Of a stretch of 64,000 bases of DNA, positions 43,478 through 54,840 are shown one piece after another. Location: the NCBI GenBank assembly GCA_951406725.2, contig OX597831.1:8866001-8930000 (forward strand). The letters are read 5' to 3'. This DNA comes from Octopus vulgaris (taxonomy: Eukaryota). A model generated the notes under the pieces. It did no database searches and had not been told where the DNA came from. It worked only from the letters and a program-made list of their open reading frames with translations. Every line of letters starts with the position of its first letter. The first letter of the stretch is position 1. Both the position numbers and the translations under genes were made by a program.

Positions 43478-45643
43478 TATGTGTAAAGGTAAGATCCAAG
43501 GATCAAGGTGTAGGAAGTTAGTGAGCTTCAAGCAATCTGTAGAAGATGTAAAAAACAAAAACAAACAAACCTTTCAGGAACAATTGTGTTTTATTGGAGC
43601 AGAAGTTTTTGAATTTTTCCCGTATCGCAAGTAAGCTTAGCTGAAAAAAGTTAATTTTATAATTCACAGTTAGCAACAGGGGTTGTTTTATATGCGAATA
43701 AGCATTCAAGAATTAAAGAATGGAGCATATAAAATCCAGGCTACATATGTATCAAGGCTAGAGAAACCTAGGAAGCAATAAATTATCCAAACGAGGGGTT
43801 GACCCCAAGCTACTCTTCAGACCAAGGATACATTGATTATTTGAAGTTTACATTGTCATTGGGAGCCCCCGTGTTAGAAAGTGTTAGAAGGTGTTAGATC
43901 CCGTGTTAGAAAGTACAGTTCAAGATGAAAACATTGCTGTGAAAAAGAATTAAAAATAAAAGAAAAATGTATATGGGGGTGGGTAAGTTTGTAAATGAGA
44001 AGAATATGAGTAAAGAGGGGCGGTTAGGGGGAGGAAAGTTTGGAGTAGAAATTGACTGCAGAGATGTCTTTATGAATTTATGCTTGGGTCGTTTCCGGTT
44101 TGTTCAAGGATAGGTTGAGTAAACATGTAGCATTTCATAAAGCCATTTAAACAGAGACAAAAGGATTGAGATATAGGAATGGTATTTGAAATGCAACGGA
44201 ATTACTGCACCACTGAAGATTGCGGCGCAAGCGAAGTTCCATAAAGCGAAAACCATATCCCTAATGATTTATATGTTATATAACATAGATGTCAAAGGAG
44301 AGTATATATTTCTGCTAGGCGGGTGATAGCTGTGGTTATAGACGTTGACCAAAGATATTGGCATAGAAGAGGTTAGTTACGCATTTTTCGTTGGATAAAC
44401 GAGCAACGTGAAACCGACGTCTCTTCCAAAAGGTAATTTACCATCCTCACACACTCACGCGCCTTCACACACTCCAACATATGCACACATGCATATACAT
44501 ACACACAAAAGCACGTGCACACACAGAGACACACATAGACACAAGCACCACACACATATAGAAATATGTGTGTGTGTATGTATGTGTGTGTGTGTATGTG
44601 TGTATGTATGTGTGTGTGTATGTGTGTCTGTGTATATATATATAATTTTATGTATGTATATATATATATATATATATGTGTATATATATATATATATAAA
44701 AATATATATACATACCTTTATGTATTTGTTTTGCAAGACTCTTGATATGAAATTGTGTGTTGAAACAGTTATTTTTATATTTCGAGACTGTAATGTTTTG
44801 GCCAAACAAACACACTCACTGTATATTAGCTTTTCAATTCAGCTTTATTCTTCAGTTCTTATTTTTATTGTGCTTACTATGAGCTGAAGTGAAGAACGAA
44901 TATACAGTGCGTGTGTTTATTTGGCAAAAGAAGACCATCAGAAATATAACACACACACACACACATACACATGCATACTTATATATGTATATATCTATGT
45001 GCACATATACACATGCACATATACAGGCGTACACACACACACTCGTATATATACATTCACAAAAACGTCTGTGTTTGGTGTGCGTTTAGACTATATACCA
45101 ACTTTAGTTTCGTAGTTCCCATCATATTTTCAATTAAGTTTTGGGAAATTTAAAATGATTCATAACAAAGGTCAGTCACTGATAAAAATCTTTTCTCTTC
45201 ATCATCTTCATCATCATCATCACCACATCCACCACCATCACCATCACCATCAATATTTCCATATTATCACTTAATAGAAAAATCAATAATTGAAACTCTA
45301 GAATAATTATGAATGATGATAGCTATTTTCTTCTAATTGGTTCTATTAAAAAAAAAATTTGGACGCTAAAAATCCAAGTGATTGATCACAGCGCTAAATA
45401 CAGTATATACCCCGGTAAAATGTCTGTGTTGAAGTAATGGGGTGGCGGGTAAAAATGCAAAATTCTATATGTATCAGTTTGATACAGAAAAGTGTAAGAC
45501 GGATCTGATGAGGCTTGAACCCAGTATAATTAGATTCATAGGTGATCCTTTTGCAGATTTCACCAAAGAGTTGATATCGGTGCTGAGTGTTATATTTGAA
45601 ACTTTAATTTCTATCTTGCTATTGTGGGATAACCTATGTTGCT

Positions 45644-45760
45644 AGAGAAGCTCAAGTGAGAGAAGCTCAAGTGAGAGAAGCTCAAGTGAGAAAAGCTCAA
45701 GTGAGAAAAGCTCAAGTGAGAGAAGCCAAAGTGAGAGAAGCCAAAGTGAGAGAAGCTCAA
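45644..45760 (+). repeat. 15-bp minisatellite AGAGAAGCTCAAGTG, about 7.8 copies
   Basis: Direct reading. Variants occur in blocks: 3 consensus, 2 AGAAAAGCTC, 2 AGAGAAGCCAAA, then a partial copy. Confidence 0.95.
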
Positions 45761-46304
45761 ACTACCAACTGGATAGAAAGCGGGAGAATAATCACCGCCA
45801 GACGTAAAGTGCGACCAGAATATGTCTTGGTAACGTGTTTGTTAATTGGATTTGGTAGCTCTACCGTCACGAGCAGGGGTAGTCACACTCCCATGGCCCG
45901 TTTCCATTGATTCCTTTAAACATCTAGGCTTTAAAAGATTCAGAGACAGATGTGTGTGTGTGTATTTTCGCGCCCTCCACAGCTTCACAACAACTGGTGT
46001 TTCTTCGTGTATGTCCCCGTAACTAAGCGTTTCGCTATAAGAGACTGAGGGAGTAAGTTCCAGGGTTAGAAAACTAAGTCCCGGGGTCGATTCGCGTCCA
46101 CTAAAGTTGTCCATGGCAGTGCTCCAGCATGGCCGCAGTCTAATGATTGAAAAGTGACGGGGACATACACGAAGTAACACCGGTTGTTAAACGGTGATGG
46201 GCGAGATTATATATATATATATACACACACACACTCATTCATATATATATATGCGTACATATATATATAATACATACATGTATACATATATTATATATAT
46301 ATAT

Positions 46305-46375
<71 letters not shown>

Positions 46376-46614
46376 TGAGGGTGTATATATATATATAACA
46401 TATATATAAGTATACATAAACATATATATATATATATTGTATCTATAAATGAGTCTATGCAAATCCGTATATGTTTGTGCGTTTGTGTGTCTGGATACGT
46501 GCAAAATTTTGTTCCTCTGCAGATTCCGTTTCTGGTTCTGCTTTGCTGTTACCGTCATCAATTGAATATATATATATCTGCATATATATATCTGTATTTA
46601 TGTTCCCTTGATAT

Positions 46615-46674
46615 ATTCAATTGATGACGGTAAAGCTTATTTAAAGTAGAACCAGAAATCCTTGGATCTTGAAT
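46615..46674 (+). ncRNA. Type I hammerhead ribozyme-like fold (C3U variant)
   Basis: Stem I ATTCAA/TTGAAT, core TTGATGA, stem II (C)GGT..ACC(A), GAAA, stem III TCC-TT-GGA, cleavage triplet ATC (after 46668). Confidence 0.55.
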
Positions 46675-46909
46675 TATTCAATAATTTTTGCTTGTATGTT
46701 TTGTCCCTCCGCTTTACCTCATGGTGCGATATGAACATTTAACGTGGTACTATAGTCAGTGTTTCGACTGCTATTTCGGCATGTTGGTGTCTTTTAGACA
46801 CCCTCATTTTTAATTGTTAAAAATTTTTTTTACCTTTGTAAGGTATTTCTTTCATGCTGGCCACTTGATAATTTCGACACTTAAATATCGATATTATCCT
46901 CATATATAA

Positions 46910-46954
<45 letters not shown>

Positions 46955-46998
46955 TACATATATATACATACATGTATACATATATTATATATATATGT

Positions 46999-47074
<76 letters not shown>

Positions 47075-47353
47075 GTATATAAAAATTTAAAAATTGAGGG
47101 AGATAAATTAATATTAATTTTAATATCAATTTAAAACCAGTAGTCCAGCATTCAAAAAATCTGAGGAGTCAGAGAAAATTCAAATATATGTGTATATTGG
47201 CAGGGCTGGCCTGCTAGGTAGCCGGCCAGAATACTAGAAGAAGATCATCAACGATCAAACTACAAGGGAAATTCTCTAGAGGAAGAATTCAGCGAACACC
47301 AGAACCAACTTTGGCGGGCAGGACATATGAAAAATTAAATAAATAACAGACTT

Positions 47354-47431
47354 AAATGCATACCTCGGTTTCGGTCTTAACAAAAGAATTACTTGCATAA
47401 TTCAAGTGTCCGTGACTTCTTCAGTACATTC
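47354..47431 (-). ncRNA. Type I hammerhead ribozyme, copy 1
   Basis: Minus strand: GAATGTA-CTGAAGA-AGTC[ACGGACACTTGAATTATGCAAGTAATTCTTTTGTTAA]GACC-GAAA-CCGAGG-TA|TGCATTT. Intact CUGANGA, GAAA and GUA triplet; 7-bp stem I with two G.U pairs; A.C at the base of stem II. Confidence 0.7.
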
Positions 47432-47899
47432 GGTCCTCGTGATGCAAACCGCAAGACTAACCCCAGCTCTCTGTGTCTAGACAGACACGTGCTTAGTCTT
47501 ACTGATTACATCGGGAATAAAATTTCAAATGTCTTGGTTCTGGCGCGCTGAGAGACTCCTGAAGCGAAGGACTGCAGTGAATAATTCACTGCGGATAGTG
47601 CTTACAACTAGGGAACGTATTTATTTAAATATTTAAAAATTGAGGGAGATAAATAAATATTAACTTTAATATCAATTTAAAACCAGTAGTCCAGCATTCA
47701 AAAAATCTGAGGAGTCAGAGAAAATTCAAATATATGTGTATATTGGCAGGGCTGGCCTGCTAGGTAGCCGGCCAGAATACTAGAAGAAGATCATCAACGA
47801 TCAAACTACAAGGGAAATTCTCTAGAGGAAGAATTCAGCGAACACCAGAACCAACTTTGGCGGGCAGGACATATGAAAAATTAAATAAATAACAGACTT

Positions 47900-47977
47900 A
47901 AATGCATACCTCGGTTTCGGTCTTAACAAAAGAATTACTTGCATAATTCAAGTGTCCGTGACTTCTTCAGTACATTC
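47900..47977 (-). ncRNA. Type I hammerhead ribozyme, copy 2
   Basis: Identical to 47354-47431, offset by 546 bp. Confidence 0.7.
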
Positions 47978-48174
47978 GGTCCTCGTGATGCAAACCGCAA
48001 GACTAACCCCAGCTCTCTGTGTCTAGACAGACACGTGCTTAGTCTTGCTGATTACATCGGGAATAAAATTTCAAATGTCTTGGTTCTGGCGCGCTGAGAG
48101 ACTCCTGAAGCGAAGGACTGCAGTTATGTATAATATATCACTGCGGATAGTGCTTACAACTAGGGAACGTAATG

Positions 48175-48210
<36 letters not shown>

Positions 48211-48228
48211 ATATATGTATATAAGGTA

Positions 48229-48272
<44 letters not shown>

Positions 48273-49839
48273 AGGTATACATACATATATATATATATAT
48301 ATATATTGCATCTATAAATGAGTCTATGCAAATCCGTATATGTTTGTGTGTTTGTGTGTCTGGATACGTGTTTTTGTTCCTCTGCAGATTCCGTTTCTGT
48401 TTCTTTTGCTGTTGGAATTGTAATTCCAACAGCAAACCCTCGCCATAGATCACAACGTATTTGCGATCATTTTGATTATGGTTATGAAACTTGAAAGTTG
48501 ACAGCAACTTAACACATTTTCTTCAGATCCATTATTACGAGAAAGTTTCGCCATTTTAGTTCCTGACATCAGCTTCGGTTATCATAACCAGAGCGTCTAT
48601 CCCATTTGTTGAAAGTTATACGCCAGTTTATCGAAAATTTCTCCTGTCAAATTGCAGGTATATTTTCTATGGTATCAATCACCAATGCTTTTAAATATAC
48701 AGAAGTTGTGGATGTTCTATGGAAGAAGAAAATATATGTAGAATACTGCACGGCAAATATACAGACATGCAATGCAAGCTAAATTCATACAATTTTCTTC
48801 TTGATCGAGAGGATAAAACGATGCGATAATTTTCTTCGATTTCTTCAAGTTTTTCAAAACTAAATCAGAAGAGAAATCTGCGTTCAAGACTTTTGAGACG
48901 GAAGAAATGAAGGAGGAAGTCTGTGCTGCAAAACAACGCGAAGCTGGCTCCACACGGACGACAATCCTTCAACCTATGGGTCTGTTTAAGGTAGTCGTTG
49001 CTGATGAGGGTTTCACGAGGTCGGAGTGCCAATCCTCCATCAATTTCTTTTAGTCGCCTCTTTACGACACGCAGAGGAAAAGGGTCTATTCTTTGACATG
49101 TCGGTTCCCAAAACAGCACAACGGAAGAGAGGGAGACACTATTACCGATGGTTTGTGGCAATAACAAATAGTGTATCAATGTATCGAGTTAAACTTTGGA
49201 TGCCCGTCGCCCTTGATGTTTCTCATAAACTGCACTCCGAGAACCAATTGGCCAAGTAAGATGGCGTTAAAAGCGAAGTTGTATCAAAATACTGTTCTAC
49301 CTTTTTCCAACTCGATTTGTTGTTTAGCTCCAGGTGAAGTTCCAATGAACTGACCTGTAATTAAAAGTATTCCAACAAAGATTAAAGGAACATTTCATTT
49401 TTCATAAGGAATGTGTGAATCGAAAAAGATTTGGCTGTTATTTTTAGCAGGCCGGTCGACCAAATAGAGCATTGAACAGACTGCCTCCTGGTGGGTGTTC
49501 AAACTCTATGTACTCTGAGTTTAAAACCCATTGCTGTCAATGAAAAAACAGAAATAATCCAGGATGGTTGATTAGCAGAGCAGTTAGAGGGATATCTCTA
49601 TTGGTATTAAGCTGTATCGCCTGATTTTTCATTTGCATAAACATCGGAGGCTGGCAGGGACAGGCAACTGGCAGTCTTCTTCAAATCCTTGAGCAGACAT
49701 TTGCCAAACACGGTCAACTTTAACCGACTCCGATCATATAAAGTCACTCTCCGCTGGATCGTTCGAAATCTATCCTACATAGGTAACCGTCAATGCTATG
49801 TGACCATATCACATGTATCGATCAGAGTATTAGCTAATA

Positions 49840-50112
49840 GGCATACACCGCTGACAACAATGCGCTTCCAATTCTTTCTTAATTTCACCGTACTCTTCCA
49901 TCTTGTTCGAAATCTTTTAACTAAATCCTCTTCCAAACATCGTGGGATGCATTTCAAGTGACCTTTTCCGAATACCACTCGACTACTGCACTGTTGTCTG
50001 TGAACCTTGCAACGTGACCAGCGCAGCGGAACTTATGTCTTCGGTATTCTGCGACCACGTCGTTCATTCTGCAACCTTCTCGAATGACCTTATTTCGGAT
50101 ATGTAGCCATAT
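49840..50112 (-). mobile_element. 3' end of an RTE-clade LINE, degenerate
   Basis: HIRNKVIREGCRMNDVVAEYRRHKFRCAGHVARFTDN..VVEW, then PRCLEEDLVKRFRTRWKSTVKLRKNWKR (cf. IRN..IR..KW.WAGHVAR.TD.RW..EW.P..P.RW.DDL..W..R..W). Confidence 0.8.
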
Positions 50113-50162
<50 letters not shown>

Positions 50163-50312
50163 TGCCCCTCTCTCTCTTTCTTCCATGAACCCAATTAACC
50201 TCTTTAAAAGCAAACAACCTATATCACTGTGCATTCGAACAGAGAGTAGAATTAACAGACTGTAGAATTCAGAACGAAAAAATTCAAATATTTTCAGTAA
50301 GGAAATTCAGTA

Positions 50313-50731
50313 GACGTGGCTTTGTGCTAAGTAGCTCGCTTACGAACCACATGGTTTCGGGTTCAGTCCCACTGCGTGCCACCTTGGGCAAGTGTCTTCT
50401 ACTATAGCCTCGGGCCGACCAAAGGCTTGTGAATAGATTTGGTAGACGGAAACTGAAAGAAACCCGTCGTATATATGTATATATATGTGTGTATGTTTGT
50501 GTATGTGTTTGTGTGTCTGTGTTTGTTCCCCCCCCCCAACATCGCTTGACAACCGATGCTGGTGTGTTTACGTCCCCGTAACTTAGCGGTTCGGCAAATA
50601 GACCGATAGAATAAGTACTAGGCTTACAAAGAATAAGTCCTGGGGGCGGATTGCCTCGACTAAAGGCGGTGCTCCAGCATGGTCACAGTCAAATGACTGA
50701 AACAAGTAAAAGAGTAAAAGAGTAAAGAGTA
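50313..50731 (+). mobile_element. SINE family B (full length)
   Basis: Matches the 16522 and 57913 copies; tail CAGTCAAATGACTGAAACAAGTAAAAGAGTAAAAGAG. Confidence 0.92.
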
Positions 50732-51297
50732 ATTCATTTTCCGGATTTTGAATTCTAACACCGTCGATATCGGCTTAGCACTGCACCCACCGAGGCCGAC
50801 GATACCAGTAAGACTTCACAATGTATTGGAACAGATTCAATTTCTTCAAATTGTATCGTACCGTTCTTCTTCCCATTTGCTTGGCTGAGGCCCAAAGAAT
50901 TTGGATAGAATAAATAAAACAAATCAATAATTATTTTTTTAAGTGTGAGCATTCACTTAGAAATATTTGGTAAATCCTGGTTCTCCATATGCATGCTACA
51001 TTCCATGTAAGATACTTTACCATATTCATCTCGATTTAATAAGATGTCACGTGTCCGCCATTGAACTGAATCAGACTTTAAGCGAAGCAATTGTGATTAA
51101 ATTTGAGGCTTTTTTTCATTTCTGCTTTTAGAAGGCTAAAACTAGTTTGGTTGAATGAAGTTCTGTCTTCTTCATTTATTTCGACTAAAGACGGTAATTG
51201 CCGATCAATGAATGAATAAGTTGCAAATAAGGCAGTTTAGCGGAAAACAGGTTTCTTCAGAAAAGACTCGCAACACATTCAAATACAGGCATTTAAA

Positions 51298-51361
<64 letters not shown>

Positions 51362-51373
51362 CCTCTGTCAATA

Positions 51374-51420
<47 letters not shown>

Positions 51421-51433
51421 AACTATTTATCTA

Positions 51434-51482
<49 letters not shown>

Positions 51483-51675
51483 CTCACGCAGGTGCGCACA
51501 CAGGGACGTACGCAGGCACATCATTGTGTAATAACATATAGACAGATATACACACATCTGCATATGTGTGTATTAATGTGTGTATGCGTTCGTTTATATT
51601 TGTATATGAGAGAGCATATACATCTCTCTATCTATCTATCAATCAATTTCTCTCTCTCTCTCTCTCTCTCTCGCA

Positions 51676-51772
<97 letters not shown>

Positions 51773-52140
51773 CCGTGTGTGTATACGAAGTGAAGGGGAA
51801 TGTTTACATGTGATCATGTCGATAATATGCGCGTATGCAATAACTTTTGAAAGCCGCATGGCGTATTCCTGCCTAGAAACAGAGAAAGCACAGAAAACAG
51901 TAAAATGCATACACGCACCCATACACACAATCTCTATCTCTCTCTTCTCCCCCTCTCTCTTCTCCCCTCTCTCTTCTCCCCCTCTCTCTCAGATGTACGT
52001 ACTTCCACTAATATTGGCAACTTATGAATCGATCTTGCTACATGTTTTTTTCTCTCAGATTTTCTTTCAGCCATGTCTTTTGAGGGGAGGAGCATGTCTA
52101 TTAAATCATCCCCACTACATAACTGGTACTTTATTTTATA

Positions 52141-52235
52141 GGCGGCGAGCTGGCAGAGTCTTTCCTTGTTTGTCCGTGTGTCTGTCCTTGTTTGTCCCAC
52201 TCTGTATTTAGCCCATTGTGGGTAGTAAAAAAATA
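52141..52235 (+). mobile_element. 95-bp internally deleted SINE A with a perfect 16-bp TSD, inside an antisense A-prime copy (about 52070-52375)
   Basis: TSD GGTACTTTATTTTATA at 52125-52140 and 52236-52251. The insert is the GGCGGCGAGCTGGCAGA head joined to the family A tail. Confidence 0.88.
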
Positions 52236-52992
52236 GGTACTTTATTTTATAGACTCCGAAAGGATGAAAAGCAACATTGACCCTCGGCTGGATTTGAACT
52301 CAGAATGTGATAACTTAGAAGAAATGCTGCTAAACATTTTGTTCGACGCGCTGCGGTCCAGTTGGTTTGCGGCCTTTCTACATAGAAAACATTTTCAAAC
52401 ATGTTTTGACCCCTTATATTTCGGTCTATTTAAATCGCTTGCGTTGAATCTTCACATTTCTCTTTCTTGAGTGATTTCCCACCTCCTCACCGATGCACCC
52501 CACCTGCCTGAAATCTACTCGTGGATTCTTACATTATTTTTCATGCCTTACCTGTTACTAAAAGATTCGTTAGCACGCCGGATGAAATGCTTAGCGGTAT
52601 TTTGTCCGATTTTACGTTCTGAGTTCAAATTCTGTTGAGGTTGAATTTGGCTTTTATTCTTTCGGAATCGACGAAACAAAGTACCACTTGAGCACTGGGG
52701 ACGATATAATCGACTAAGCCCTTCTTCATAAATTGCAAGCCTTGTTTCAGTCATTGAACTGTGACCAAACTGGAGCTCCATCTAAAAAGGAGTAGATCCG
52801 ACCCTAGTATTTTAATTAGCCCGGTACTTATATCAGTCATTTTTGCCGAGGACGTAGACGAATCAAAACCGGTTGTGAAGCATTGGGTTGGTGGGCTCAA
52901 AGATGGACACAAGGACATATATATACGATGGGCTTCTCCACAGTTTTCGTCTATCAAATTCACTCAGCCCGGTGGTATAGTAGAAGACTCAG

Positions 52993-53221
52993 GGCGGCGA
53001 GCTGGCAGAATCGTTAGCACGCCGGGCGAAATGCTTAGCGTTACGTTCTGCCGTTACGTTCTGAGTTCAAATTCCGCCGAGGTCGACTTTGCCTTTCATC
53101 CTTTCGGGGTCGATAAATTAAGTACCAGTTACGCACTGGGGTCGATGTAATCGACTTAATACCTATGTCTGTCCTTGTTTGTCCGCTCTGTGTTTAGCCC
53201 CTAGTAGGTAATAAAGAAATA
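52993..53221 (+). mobile_element. SINE family A with 15-bp TSD, inside an antisense SINE B (about 52745-53320)
   Basis: TSD GGTATAGTAGAAGAC at 52974-52988 and 53222-53236; SINE B sequence continues on both sides. Confidence 0.92.
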
Positions 53222-53652
53222 GGTATAGTAGAAGACACTAGCCCAACGTGTTGCACAGTAGAACTGAACCCCAAACCACGTGTTTGCCAAACAAACTCCT
53301 TAACCACACAGCCGTGCCGTCGAATTAAGTCAACATCGACAATTTTCTCATCATTTTTGAGGATTTCATCTTAGAACATATCTGTTAAGGTTGAATAATT
53401 GTTTGAAGAGTGTGCATTCAAGTAATCTTTACATTATCAGTTTTATCTTTAGGCGACAAATCTGCAAAGGAAAAACAAAAACGTTTAAATGAAACACGGC
53501 CAACTTTGAACCAGTAAATATGAAGGATGTGGACGTCTCTTTACGCCTCGATGGTTGAATCGCAAAATAAAGTTGGCGCCAGATTTGATTTTCAGCAAAT
53601 AAAGAACTAGAGGATGAGAATATGTATATATATATATATACAAGTGTGTGTG

Positions 53653-53711
<59 letters not shown>

Positions 53712-53752
53712 ATGTATGTATGTGTGTGTGTGTATGTATGTATGTATGTATG

Positions 53753-53815
<63 letters not shown>

Positions 53816-53924
53816 ACAGTAAAATAAACAAAATAAGTTCCTTGAACTTGCTGTGGAGAGCGTAAAATCCAATGTTTCTGCAGGGAAAACCTGTCAAGAG
53901 AGAAATGAGAAAGAAAGACAGGGG

Positions 53925-54017
<93 letters not shown>

Positions 54018-54243
54018 CACAGTTAAGTGGTTCGCTACGTAATTATTAGGTTTAGTTGCAATGGCCTTACTTGGCAATTTAGGCAGCTGTCTTCATCGAA
54101 GTCCTTGGTTCCATAAATGCTTTCGGAGTGAAATGTTGTTGACGGAGACAGACGGACGCCCATCGTATATTCTTTCATATAGTTATAGCTACATACGCAT
54201 ACAAATATACATCGACACATGCCAATAAATGCCCGCCCGTCTG

Positions 54244-54341
<98 letters not shown>

Positions 54342-54760
54342 AACACGACACTGTTGGAAGGCAGGTTTAGAGAGGATGCTGGTTAAAACTACGCGCACTT
54401 CCCCTCCGTTGGTCAGCTGAAACTTAGACACTGCCACTTGACAGTTAGCTGCTACTGGCTGCTGGAGCCTCACGGCGAGTATTTCAAGGGATATTTGGCA
54501 GGATGGTCATTCGCTCGCTGTCATTCGTTGACGCTACATCGAAGAACCCGAAGAACAAAACAAAAAACAAGGAGAAAGAAAAAACGCACTGAACACCAGA
54601 GCTGAAGACACCTTCGAAAGTGGGGAAGGGCGCCACGTCGAAAACGGTGGAGGAATACGAGCCAGAACCGGAACCGGGCGTGGTTCCTCCTGATGACGTC
54701 CTAAACCACTGGATCCTATAAAGGAGCTGTTGAGTTAGTGAACCACGAAACGTGGCTGGA
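54342..54760 (+). mobile_element. GC/CpG-rich segment bounded by (TATC)n on both sides; probable 5'UTR/ORF1 start of the adjacent Tx1-like element
   Basis: Composition resembles the downstream LINE and differs from the host DNA; sharp junctions with (TATC)n at 54341 and 54761. No protein motif recognised. Confidence 0.4.

Positions 54761-54840
<80 letters not shown>

Larger units (their letters stand above)
47085..48170 (-). repeat. Head-to-tail dimer of a 546-bp unit inserted in (TA)n; retrozyme or Penelope pseudo-LTR-like
   Basis: AAATTGAGGGAGATAAA at 47091 and 47637 (offset 546). The copies differ by a few substitutions and one indel, and each carries a hammerhead fold on the minus strand. 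Confidence 0.9.

Noticed and set aside
45644-45760. CRISPR-like repeat array
   Set aside because: The units are contiguous with no unique spacers, there are no cas genes, and the context is eukaryotic.
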